Part shown: in pieces, positions 19,260 to 27,342 of the stretch
How positions within the stretch are numbered: the stretch's first letter is position 1
Layout: each line of letters starts with the position of its first letter
Source of the DNA: Clostridiales bacterium
GTDB lineage: Bacteria > Bacillota > Clostridia > Peptostreptococcales > Anaerovoracaceae
Length of the DNA: 64,000 nt
NCBI GenBank assembly: GCA_022763735.1
Contig: JALEQY010000065.1
Span: 5,662 to 69,661, forward strand
Direction of reading: 5' to 3'
Notes under the pieces: model-generated
What the model saw: only the letters and a program-made list of their open reading frames with translations
Databases searched by the model: none
What the model was told of the DNA's origin: nothing
Program-made: the position numbers and the translations under genes

Positions 19260-20167
19260 GCTCCTTTTTTCATTCCTGCAAGCTTCATTATACGTTTGAC
19301 TGTTCCTGTCTCAGGTGTTGCAGTCAGGAATACAAGGGTATCGAACACCTGATTTTCCACAAGTTCGCCGATGGATGAACATGCGATATCTTCGTAGCTG
19401 CTTCCGTGAATCGTTGTGATAATTCCTACTCCTGCACACAAAGCGGCCTCGATAGCCTTCACGTCTTCTTTTTTACCGATTTCATCTGTTATTATCACAT
19501 CAGGAGACATGGCTCTGATCAGCATCAGTATACCTTCTGCCTTCGGGCAGCCGTCCAGAACATCTGTCCTGTCACCCAGATCATAACTTGTTTCACCATT
19601 GTAACAGCCTGCAATTTCTGAACGTTCGTCACAGATGCCTACCTTGAAGCCTTTGTTGCTGAGAACTCTTGCAAGATCCCTAAGTATCGTGGTCTTGCCG
19701 CATTTCGGCGGCGATATTATCAGTGTATTGCTGATGGTATGGCGGCTGTCATCACACACTGCTCTGATAACCTTGCCTGATGCTCCGATTATCTGCCTGC
19801 TGCGTCTTATGTTGAGAGAGGAAATATCCTTGATAAGATGAACCTTGTCCTCTCGCAGCGTTACTCTGCCGCAGATTCCTACACGATGACCTCCCTCTAT
19901 GGTTATGTAGCCTTTTGAAAGCTCATCTTCATAAGCATAGTAAGAATAATCCAGCAGCCTGTTAAGGGTCTCCTCCAGTATATCCGGCGTGATTTCTGAT
20001 GCATCGTGAAGACTTATCTCCCTGCCTCCGCTTATGATAAGTGTATCCCGTCGTGATCTTATTCTTATTTCCTCGAAGTTGTCAGTCACCTCCGGCGGCA
20101 TTCCTTTAATAGTCTTCTGCATGAAATCAGGCAGGCGCCTGAATATTTTTTCTGTATTGCTGTCCAT
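19256..20167 (-). CDS. spoIIIAA: stage III sporulation protein AA (secretion-type ATPase)
   Basis: 303 aa with a Walker A (SPPKCGKTT) and a Walker B (VIITDEIG). It is the first gene of the operon. Confidence 0.92.
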   Translation of the reverse strand: MDSNTEKIFRRLPDFMQKTIKGMPPEVTDNFEEIRIRSRRDTLIISGGREISLHDASEITPDILEETLNRLLDYSYYAYEDELSKGYITIEGGHRVGICGRVTLREDKVHLIKDISSLNIRRSRQIIGASGKVIRAVCDDSRHTISNTLIISPPKCGKTTILRDLARVLSNKGFKVGICDERSEIAGCYNGETSYDLGDRTDVLDGCPKAEGILMLIRAMSPDVIITDEIGKKEDVKAIEAALCAGVGIITTIHGSSYEDIACSSIGELVENQVFDTLVFLTATPETGTVKRIMKLAGMKKGA

Positions 20168-20248
20168 AAATGCACCCCTTTTCTTCTGTTTGTCTTATTA
20201 AAGGATATTCCTTGTCCCAGGAAATATTACTTTAATATTATCCGGAGA

Positions 20249-20277
20249 CAAAAAAAACGCCTGAAATTATCAGGCGT
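20249..20277 (-). terminator. rho-independent terminator after the GRE gene
   Basis: On the minus strand the sequence reads ACGCCTGA-TAATT-TCAGGCGT followed by TTTTTTT, starting 15 nt after the stop codon at 20292. Confidence 0.8.
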
Positions 20278-20291
20278 AGTATAGTCAGTAT

Positions 20292-22835
20292 TTAGAAATG
20301 AAGCTCTGTCCTCTGGATCAGATCTTTCTGAAGTGCTTTTCCCAGATCAACGAAGTAAGCGCTGTAGCCTGCCACACGCACCAGCATATCCTTGTAGTTT
20401 TCAGGCTTTTTCTGTGCGGCTCGCATTGTATCTGCACTCATGATGTTGAACTGTACATGCATTGCACCCTTGGCCAGGTATTCATCAATGAAGCTGATGA
20501 GATTGTCCCTGCCTTCTGTACCGGCAACAGCTTCCTGAGGAAATTTCATATTCAGCAGTGTTCCGTTGGTTGCAATGCTGTGGTCTACCTTTGTAACGGA
20601 ATTTGCCAGAGCTGTAGGTCCTTCTGTATCGTGAGAGCCTCTGTCGGTATGGACAGGTCCCAGATTGTCGGAAATCGCTTCACCATTTTTTCGTCCATCG
20701 AGGGATGCATTGGTGTTGAGACCCATACCCACGTTGGCACTTACAGAATAAACACCCGGGTTGAATTCCCCTCCTCTTACAGTAGGTCTGCCGGCAACAT
20801 GTCTGCAATAGCACTCGAACATATATTTAAACAGTTCGTCAGCGTAATCGTCATCGTTGCCGTAGTGATGCACCTTAGGACCATTGACCAGCGCATATAG
20901 AACCTCGTGCCCTTTCCAGTTGTCCTTCACTGCCTGCAGCAGCTGACTGCCGGTAAAACGTTTCTCTTCGAATACCAGCTGCTTTATTACTGCCAGAGTA
21001 TCTGCGCATGTGGCAAGACCGCTGGCCTGGGGTCCTATACCGTTATACTCAGCTCCGCCTTCGGTCAGATCCACACCAGTATTCATGCAGTCTTCAAAGA
21101 ATGCGGAAACATAAGGCAGCGGTTTGAGAGCCCTGTGCGCCTTATCTATAATGTTCAGGCTGCTGCACATCTGGTCTGCCCAGTATTCGAACTGTGCATC
21201 GACGCTTGCCAGAACCTCGTCAAAGTTTTCATAGGTATCCAGACTTCCTGTATCTGGACCAAGATGTTCGCCCAGAGCACCGCATTTTTCCCATCTTGCA
21301 CAGTGAGGGCCGCAGTCAAGACATCTGCCGCCGTTAATAACCATTTCCATCATTTTAGCGGCATTCACATACGCTGCATCGTGCCACCCGTACTCTTTGC
21401 CCGGAAGATCCGGCTCTACACATCCTACTACTGCATAATCGCGGGCTTCCTCAAGACTCATTCCCTTTTTCATCATCGCTCTGATTGTGGGAGCATCGTT
21501 GAAAATTTTAGGATGACCGTAACCGGCACGGATACATTCGACTGTTTTTACCTTGAGCTCGTACGGTGTATTCTCGTGCATTCGTACCAGCAGCCATGGA
21601 TTCATCATTCTCGTGTGAGCAGAAGCTTCCAGCATGAGCATTGTCAGGTCATTTGTCACATCGTTGCCTGCTCTGTCGACACCTCCGATGGTCAGACACT
21701 CACCGCCGAAACCGCGGCCCTGACGTACCTTTACAGTTCCTCCGTCTTTGAGCTTTGTCGGATTATTCATCTTGACATACAGCACTTCGATAAGCTCCAG
21801 TGCGAATTCCTTGGTGATGGTGCCTGCCTGGATATCAGCCTCATAATACGGGTACAGCCACTGATCCATACGACCGTAGGAGATGGAATGACCATTCCCC
21901 TCAATCTGTGTAAGTGTGGTTGCGAAGTTGAACAGCTGTATCGCCTGCCAGAAGTTTCGTGCCGGTCCTGCGGCGATCTGACGGCAGTTTTCTGCCATAG
22001 CTTCCAGTTCCTTTTTTCTCTGCGGGTCAGCTTCTGCAGCAGCACGTTCGTCAGCCAGCGCACTGTAACGCAGAATATATCTCACCGAAGCCTTCAGAGA
22101 GATTATCATAGCTTCGTAAAAGTCACGTTTATCGGCATAATCAGGGTCTCTCTTGGTCAGCTTTGACAGATTGGCTTCAGCTTCTTCAATCAGACCGTTA
22201 AAACCAGTTCTCATCAGCTTGGCATAATCCATTACCAGATGGCCTACGCCGGCATAATGATACAGATTCGTCTGAAAAATCTTCTTACCAGCTTCTGAGC
22301 CTTTGAGCTGGTCTTCATCAAGCCCTGCATTGATAAGATCGTCAACTGTTTTTCCTTCCCAGTATCGGCACAGCTCTACGATTTCTTTTCTCTCTTCATC
22401 GTTTCTGATATAGAACTGATCGTGTTCCCTTTCCTCAAAGGGCTCATTGAGGACCTCATTAATTATCCAGCTGACGGAAAACTCCGGGTAAATAGGTGAT
22501 GCCTTGGCAGGGGCTGCTATCTCACCCAGCACCAGATCCTCGTCATAGATGTCCAGAGTCACATGATCCAGAATGTTTTCAAAGGCCCTGGCGCATTTGA
22601 TCTTGATTGTACAGCTGTCATATTTTTTATAGGCTTCTGTTACCAGACGCAGTCTTTCTACGTCGACATCGTACTGTCTGTCGAGAAAAGTCTGTCTCAG
22701 ATGGTTGACTCTCGGATAAGGCGACCAGTCGCCGTGGTTCACCTGATATCCCAGACTGTATGTATGATCATATTTTTCTGTACCGCAGGCGCTGCAGTGC
22801 ACCTGATCGTGTTCATTACTGTTCATAAAACCCAT
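20292..22835 (-). CDS. glycyl radical enzyme (PFL superfamily, eliminase-type Cys loop), substrate unknown
   Basis: The start was trimmed to ATG 22835 (MGFMNSNE) behind AAGGAGGAAT, because the track ORF to 22928 overlaps the activase. The C-terminal glycyl motif is VRVAGYSAYF and the Cys loop is VVGCVEPDLPG. The protein is ~847 aa. Confidence 0.93.
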   Translation of the reverse strand: MGFMNSNEHDQVHCSACGTEKYDHTYSLGYQVNHGDWSPYPRVNHLRQTFLDRQYDVDVERLRLVTEAYKKYDSCTIKIKCARAFENILDHVTLDIYDEDLVLGEIAAPAKASPIYPEFSVSWIINEVLNEPFEEREHDQFYIRNDEERKEIVELCRYWEGKTVDDLINAGLDEDQLKGSEAGKKIFQTNLYHYAGVGHLVMDYAKLMRTGFNGLIEEAEANLSKLTKRDPDYADKRDFYEAMIISLKASVRYILRYSALADERAAAEADPQRKKELEAMAENCRQIAAGPARNFWQAIQLFNFATTLTQIEGNGHSISYGRMDQWLYPYYEADIQAGTITKEFALELIEVLYVKMNNPTKLKDGGTVKVRQGRGFGGECLTIGGVDRAGNDVTNDLTMLMLEASAHTRMMNPWLLVRMHENTPYELKVKTVECIRAGYGHPKIFNDAPTIRAMMKKGMSLEEARDYAVVGCVEPDLPGKEYGWHDAAYVNAAKMMEMVINGGRCLDCGPHCARWEKCGALGEHLGPDTGSLDTYENFDEVLASVDAQFEYWADQMCSSLNIIDKAHRALKPLPYVSAFFEDCMNTGVDLTEGGAEYNGIGPQASGLATCADTLAVIKQLVFEEKRFTGSQLLQAVKDNWKGHEVLYALVNGPKVHHYGNDDDYADELFKYMFECYCRHVAGRPTVRGGEFNPGVYSVSANVGMGLNTNASLDGRKNGEAISDNLGPVHTDRGSHDTEGPTALANSVTKVDHSIATNGTLLNMKFPQEAVAGTEGRDNLISFIDEYLAKGAMHVQFNIMSADTMRAAQKKPENYKDMLVRVAGYSAYFVDLGKALQKDLIQRTELHF

Positions 22836-22860
22836 TCTATATTCCTCCTTCACGGTTGAT

Positions 22861-23811
22861 CTACTCTTTTTCTCTGGTACCCACGAGACAGTGGATGTCT
22901 CTGCTGTTGAAATAGTCAGCCAGCTCATTTATATGCTTCTGCAGTGATCTTCTGTTGAACTTAACGTCCTCCATCTCGTACGGCATGCCCAGAGACTGGT
23001 ACTTCTCCACTCCCAGCCGCATGAAGCTGAGCAGCTGCAGAGTCCTGACACTGTCTTTCAGCTCGTTTATGATAAAATCTGCCGTTGCCTCCATATTCTC
23101 CATATCATCGTTGACACCCGGAATAACCGGAATCCTCAGTATAAGCTCACGTCCTACCTCTGCAAGATGTCTGAGATTGTCAAGGATCCTGCGGTTGTCC
23201 ACACCGGTGTACTGTTTATGCTTTTGAGGATCCATGTGCTTTATGTCGGATATCAGCAGATCTGTAACCGGAAGTATCTTCTCGATTTCCTGCCATTCTG
23301 TATGGAAAGTGGACTCGCAGCACGTGTGGATGTTCTCAGCTCTGCAGGCTGCGAAAAGCTCTGCCACAAAGTCGCTCTGCATCAGAGGATCACCGCCGGA
23401 TACAGTCACGCCTCCACCGGAGCGCTCATAATATCCTCTGTCCCTGAGAATTGCTTTCATGCATTCCTCGACCGTCATGGCTTTGCCCCACTGTCTGATA
23501 GCCTCAGACGGACACATATCAGAGCACTCCAAACAGTTTGTGCACTTAACCCTATCTATGCTGACAAGTTTCTGTCTGTAAAACTGTAGCGTGTCTTCCT
23601 GGGGACATGCCTGTTCACATATTCCGCAGTTTTTATGTGAAATGCATTTTTTCCTGTAGACGCCCGGCTGAATATAAGGCTTCATGCCTTCCGGGTTGCT
23701 GCACCATCTGCATCTCAGTGGACAGCCCTTGAGGAAAATCTCTGTCCGCATTCCCGGTCCGTCATGAATTGTGAATCTCTGTATGTTGAATACGATACCC
23801 TGAACTGACAA
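22861..23811 (-). CDS. glycyl-radical enzyme activating protein (radical SAM)
   Basis: 316 aa with a TTG start behind AGGAGG. The CPLRCRWCSNPE (CxxxCxxC) motif follows GPGMR. Two extra ferredoxin-like motifs are present, CISHKNCGICEQACP and CTNCLECSDMCP. Confidence 0.93.
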   Translation of the reverse strand: MSVQGIVFNIQRFTIHDGPGMRTEIFLKGCPLRCRWCSNPEGMKPYIQPGVYRKKCISHKNCGICEQACPQEDTLQFYRQKLVSIDRVKCTNCLECSDMCPSEAIRQWGKAMTVEECMKAILRDRGYYERSGGGVTVSGGDPLMQSDFVAELFAACRAENIHTCCESTFHTEWQEIEKILPVTDLLISDIKHMDPQKHKQYTGVDNRRILDNLRHLAEVGRELILRIPVIPGVNDDMENMEATADFIINELKDSVRTLQLLSFMRLGVEKYQSLGMPYEMEDVKFNRRSLQKHINELADYFNSRDIHCLVGTREKE

Positions 23812-23841
23812 TTCCGCTTCCTCCTTTTATATCATGACAAT

Positions 23842-23850
23842 ATTATATCA
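23842..23850 (-). promoter_or_regulatory. candidate extended -10 element (TGATATAAT) for the activase-GRE operon
   Basis: The minus strand reads ...CCCTGATATAATATTG..., ~31 nt upstream of the activase TTG start. No good -35 hexamer occurs at 16-18 nt spacing, which suggests an activator-dependent promoter. Confidence 0.35.
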
Positions 23851-23886
23851 GGGAAATTCCGTGTAATATAGTAGCCATTCTACCTA

Positions 23887-23902
23887 TTTTTTGTACAAAA
23901 AA
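23887..23902. promoter_or_regulatory. perfect 16-bp palindrome TTTTTTGTACAAAAAA
   Basis: Read directly from the sequence. Its centre lies ~50 nt upstream of the candidate -10 element. One half doubles as the U-tract of the LuxR-gene terminator. Confidence 0.3.
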
Positions 23903-23935
23903 GCTTCCGTGACGAGATGATTCTGTTACGGAAGC
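23897..23935 (-). terminator. rho-independent terminator after the LuxR-type regulator gene
   Basis: The minus strand reads GCTTCCGT-(17-nt loop)-ACGGAAGC followed by TTTTTT, beginning 10 nt after the stop at 23946. Confidence 0.7.
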
Positions 23936-23945
23936 GTTAAAATTG

Positions 23946-25067
23946 CTATTGTTTTGTACGATCCAGCAGGCTCTGGAGCTGGTATCTGCTTTTGACGCCA
24001 CATTTGGAATAAATGTTCTGCACATGCTTTTTGACTGTATGATAGCTTATTATCAGTTCGTCAGCTATCGCCTGATAGGTGAGTCCCTGATACAGCAGCT
24101 CTGCCACACGATGCTCCGCATGGGTCAGTGGAAGCTCTTCGCCGATTTTCTCCGGAAGCTGATGTTCCTCTTTTTCGGAAATAGTAATCCAGTGATACCT
24201 GTCGATGATGCCGTGAGAATAGCTCTGATCATAGGTGTAGATCTTGAATATGTATCCTCTGATGACTTTTGTTCTGACACGGGTCTGTGCAGAATCCTCC
24301 CGATCTGCAGGTTCACCGCCTTCGATAAGAAAAGGAAGCCATGCGCACGGCGTACTGCTGTCGATCTGGTTTTCGGCTTCCGGTCCCAGTATCTCTATGA
24401 GATAATTCAGCGCCAGTCTGTTATAACTCATGATGTGCATGAAATCATCGGTCACCAGATAAGCCTTCTCACCGGATGAAATAATCTCATCCTGAATACT
24501 GGAAATGATTTTTTCCTGCTCATGCTTCTTGAAATTCTTATATGAACTGGCCACGTAGACATAGATGTTTTCCAGTTCCTTCATTTCGTCATCGGTGAAA
24601 TCTCCATCAGTCAGGCTTTTGAAAAAATATATCCTGATATATGCATTGATGCCGAAGGCCAGGGTCACACTGTAATGCATCCCGAAATTCTTCTGTATAA
24701 AATGAACGTATTCCGAATCGTCGTACTCATCCTCAGGTATGAGGTCCGTGGATTTGTATATTCTGGGTTCCACATTGAAATAGTCAAGCCTGTCCCTCAC
24801 TGCTTCTTCATAGATAGTTCTGCTTATTATGTCATCTGCCGCAAATTTCGAGTATGGATGATTTTCACTGCCGATGGTGATGCCGCTTCTGTCCGTCCAT
24901 GACAGGAAGCCGTTTGTGGTATCAAAACAGAGAATCAGCACGTGATCCAGCCCGAAATTCCTGTATAACGAATCCAGCAGCACATTGCTGAAGAATTCTC
25001 TCGCTGATATCTGACGTTCAGACATCTCCGAAAAAAATGCCATCTGCCCACTGTCAATATCCTTCAT
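23946..25067 (-). CDS. LuxR-family transcriptional regulator with a large uncharacterised N-terminal domain
   Basis: The start was trimmed to ATG 25067 (MKDIDSGQ) behind CAGGAGG. The C-terminal HTH is LTHAEHRVAELLYQGLTYQAIADELIISYHTVKKHVQNIYSKCGV. Confidence 0.85.
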   Translation of the reverse strand: MKDIDSGQMAFFSEMSERQISAREFFSNVLLDSLYRNFGLDHVLILCFDTTNGFLSWTDRSGITIGSENHPYSKFAADDIISRTIYEEAVRDRLDYFNVEPRIYKSTDLIPEDEYDDSEYVHFIQKNFGMHYSVTLAFGINAYIRIYFFKSLTDGDFTDDEMKELENIYVYVASSYKNFKKHEQEKIISSIQDEIISSGEKAYLVTDDFMHIMSYNRLALNYLIEILGPEAENQIDSSTPCAWLPFLIEGGEPADREDSAQTRVRTKVIRGYIFKIYTYDQSYSHGIIDRYHWITISEKEEHQLPEKIGEELPLTHAEHRVAELLYQGLTYQAIADELIISYHTVKKHVQNIYSKCGVKSRYQLQSLLDRTKQ

Positions 25068-25092
25068 AACCGCCTCCTGAAAAACACATACT

Positions 25093-25944
25093 CTACGGTC
25101 TTCTGTCCATGCACGGCACCTTGCTCTGACACAGACCGCATCCGACTTCCCTGTATTCTGAAGTATCAATTCTGTCACTCAGCTCATCAAAACACGTCAG
25201 TAGATGAGACGCGCACTTCTCCTTATCGTGTCCTCTTTCCGAAATCGCCCGCTTCGGGCATCTGCGTATACATGCACCGCATATACCGCTCCTGAAATAC
25301 AGACACCAGTCATAGTGACCGCGATCGCCTCTGGAAGTGACATCCATATCAGCCTCAACAATCAACGAAGTAAATCTGACTGCCATTCCTTTTTCTGTGA
25401 TAAACCCGTCACTGAGTCCAAAGGTTCCCATGCCGCAGGCAAACGCATTATGCCTGTGGGACCATCTCGATGCTCTGCCGTAATCACCCGAATCCATCAG
25501 CGAAAACTCAGGCAGCAGTTCAGGTGCAGCCCACCTGACACCCATCGCATCAAGTTTTTTACCAACCACTGACAGGTATTCCCTGATAAGCTTATCCCAC
25601 TCACCACGGGAAACAGCCCAGCTGGCACATGGAAATTCGCGTTCTCTGCTCTGCATCATTCTCGTTTCTTCAGCCATCGGAAAGACTATGGAAATCGCAC
25701 GAAGTCTGCTGCTGTCAGGCATTTCATCATATTTCAGTGCGAAGACTTCAGCAGGAGTCCAGTGGAATTCTCCTATATGCTCTTTGAGGAAACCATAGTA
25801 GTCATCATCACCGGCAGCTGTTCCAGCCAGCGGATTTTCCCACATGGGAACATCCGGTTTTCCCAGTACCGCAAAATTATTAGACTGAAGCTCATTAAAA
25901 GCTTCAGTCACTGCATTATATACCTTATCAGTAATATTGTTCAT
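25093..25944 (-). CDS. QueG/reductive-dehalogenase-like Fe-S protein (4Fe-4S dicluster domain)
   Basis: 283 aa. WSHRHNAFACGMGTFGLSDGFITEKGMAVRFTSLIV resembles the QueG/RdhA core. It is followed by CGACIRRCPKRAIS and GCGLCQSKVPC. There is no gap to the upstream CNNM gene. Confidence 0.65.
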   Translation of the reverse strand: MNNITDKVYNAVTEAFNELQSNNFAVLGKPDVPMWENPLAGTAAGDDDYYGFLKEHIGEFHWTPAEVFALKYDEMPDSSRLRAISIVFPMAEETRMMQSREREFPCASWAVSRGEWDKLIREYLSVVGKKLDAMGVRWAAPELLPEFSLMDSGDYGRASRWSHRHNAFACGMGTFGLSDGFITEKGMAVRFTSLIVEADMDVTSRGDRGHYDWCLYFRSGICGACIRRCPKRAISERGHDKEKCASHLLTCFDELSDRIDTSEYREVGCGLCQSKVPCMDRRP

Positions 25945-27312
25945 TCAGTCACCCTTTTCTTCGGATCTGTCATCATCCTTCTCATCACCGTTTCCGCTGT
26001 CCGGCGTCATGATATTCATAGTTATCTGCTCGATCCTTCTCTCTCGGATGGAATCAATCCTGAATCTGTAATTCTCAAAATCGATTTCTTTACCCACATC
26101 ATTCTCATCAGGGATTTCTCCGAGAATGTCGATGATAAATCCACCTATAGTCTCACTGTTATCTGATTCCAGATTTATACCTATTTCTTCATCTATATCG
26201 TCAAGATCCATTCTGCCGTCCATGACATAGGTCATATCGTCTATCTTCTGGATTTCCGGCTCCTCTTTATCATATTCATCATCTATATCACCCATTACCT
26301 CTTCAATAATGTCCTCCATAGTGACAATACCCGAAAAACCTCCGTATTCGTCTATAAGTATCGCTATATGCTGCTTCGTGGTCTGCAGTTCAAAGAAAAG
26401 TGAATCTATCTTCTTGGTTTCAGGTACGAAATACGGCTTCCTGAGAATTGATCTGAAATCCACATTGTCAAATCCGTCTTCTCTGGCTTTGATGAGATAG
26501 TCTTTTATATAGAGTATACCTATGATATTATCACTGTCATCCTCATAAACAGGTATACGGGAATATCTCAGTTCCATAAGTTCGTCGATATATTCTTCTG
26601 TAGGCGCATTGATATCAATAGAAAAGACATCTGTACGCGGAGTCATCACCTCATAAGCCAGCATGTCATCAAAGGCAAATACACCAGTAATCATTTTCTT
26701 GCCTTCTTCCTTAAGTTCACCGCTTTCCTGGCCTGCTTCAAGCATTGAAACAATATCGTCCTCTGAATACTCCACATATGTCACATCTGTTCGCTGTCTG
26801 CAGATTTTAAGCATAATCGTCACCGTAATCGACAGCAGCCAGACAAACGGCTTGAAAACAGCCGAAATGAACAATATAGGTTTTACCACTCCCATTGCAA
26901 TAGCATCCGCATGGAGCATTGCGAGCCTCTTAGGAAACAGTTCCCCGAATACCAGCGTGAAAAATGACAATATCAGAGTCACGATTACCACTGAAATCTC
27001 CTGACCGTACGGAATTCCGAAACTCTCCAGAAAAACACCCATATCATCAGAAAAACTTACTGCGGCTTCCGCACTTGTGAGAAAACCCGCCAGAGTAATA
27101 ACAACCTGGATCGCAGAAAGGAACTTGTTGGGATCATCAATAAGTTTTAACAGAGCCTCCGCTTTCCTGTTTCCCTCCTGAGCTATCGTTCGTATCCTGT
27201 TCTTATTAACGGATACTATAGCCATTTCGGCCGCAGCAAAATATGCATTCACTGCGATAAGTACTGCCAGTAAAATTATTTGTCCCCATAAGGGCCCAGC
27301 ATCAGATGACAT
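25945..27312 (-). CDS. CNNM/TlyC-family hemolysin-like protein (DUF21-CBS pair-CorC_HlyC)
   Basis: 455 aa with an N-terminal 4-TM DUF21 domain (AAEMAIVSVNKNRI), a CBS pair and a CorC C-terminal domain. Confidence 0.9.
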   Translation of the reverse strand: MSSDAGPLWGQIILLAVLIAVNAYFAAAEMAIVSVNKNRIRTIAQEGNRKAEALLKLIDDPNKFLSAIQVVITLAGFLTSAEAAVSFSDDMGVFLESFGIPYGQEISVVIVTLILSFFTLVFGELFPKRLAMLHADAIAMGVVKPILFISAVFKPFVWLLSITVTIMLKICRQRTDVTYVEYSEDDIVSMLEAGQESGELKEEGKKMITGVFAFDDMLAYEVMTPRTDVFSIDINAPTEEYIDELMELRYSRIPVYEDDSDNIIGILYIKDYLIKAREDGFDNVDFRSILRKPYFVPETKKIDSLFFELQTTKQHIAILIDEYGGFSGIVTMEDIIEEVMGDIDDEYDKEEPEIQKIDDMTYVMDGRMDLDDIDEEIGINLESDNSETIGGFIIDILGEIPDENDVGKEIDFENYRFRIDSIRERRIEQITMNIMTPDSGNGDEKDDDRSEEKGD

Positions 27313-27342
27313 CTTTTTCTCCTTTCACATCTAACAATTGAA

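Noticed and set aside
20168-20248. A sigma-E/sigma-G type sporulation promoter upstream of spoIIIAA.
   Set aside because: The region is AT-rich, but I could not align a convincing -35/-10 pair to the forespore or mother-cell sigma consensus by eye. It was left unannotated.
20907-22166. A 419-aa plus-strand ORF (with other long plus-strand ORFs at 6414-7223, 27397-28044, 30139-30813, 33018-33728, 35374-36054 and 45044-45721).
   Set aside because: Each lies entirely antisense to a confidently identified minus-strand gene (GRE, mutS, U32, mltG/efp, rnj, leuS, relA). Their translations are low-complexity or Cys/His/Ser/Phe-rich with no recognisable motifs. They are shadow ORFs produced by codon bias.
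20292-22835. The GRE as the signature enzyme of the microcompartment at 60-64 kb.
   Set aside because: It lies ~35 kb away across ~30 housekeeping genes. It has its own regulator, promoter and terminator, and it carries no N- or C-terminal amphipathic targeting helix.
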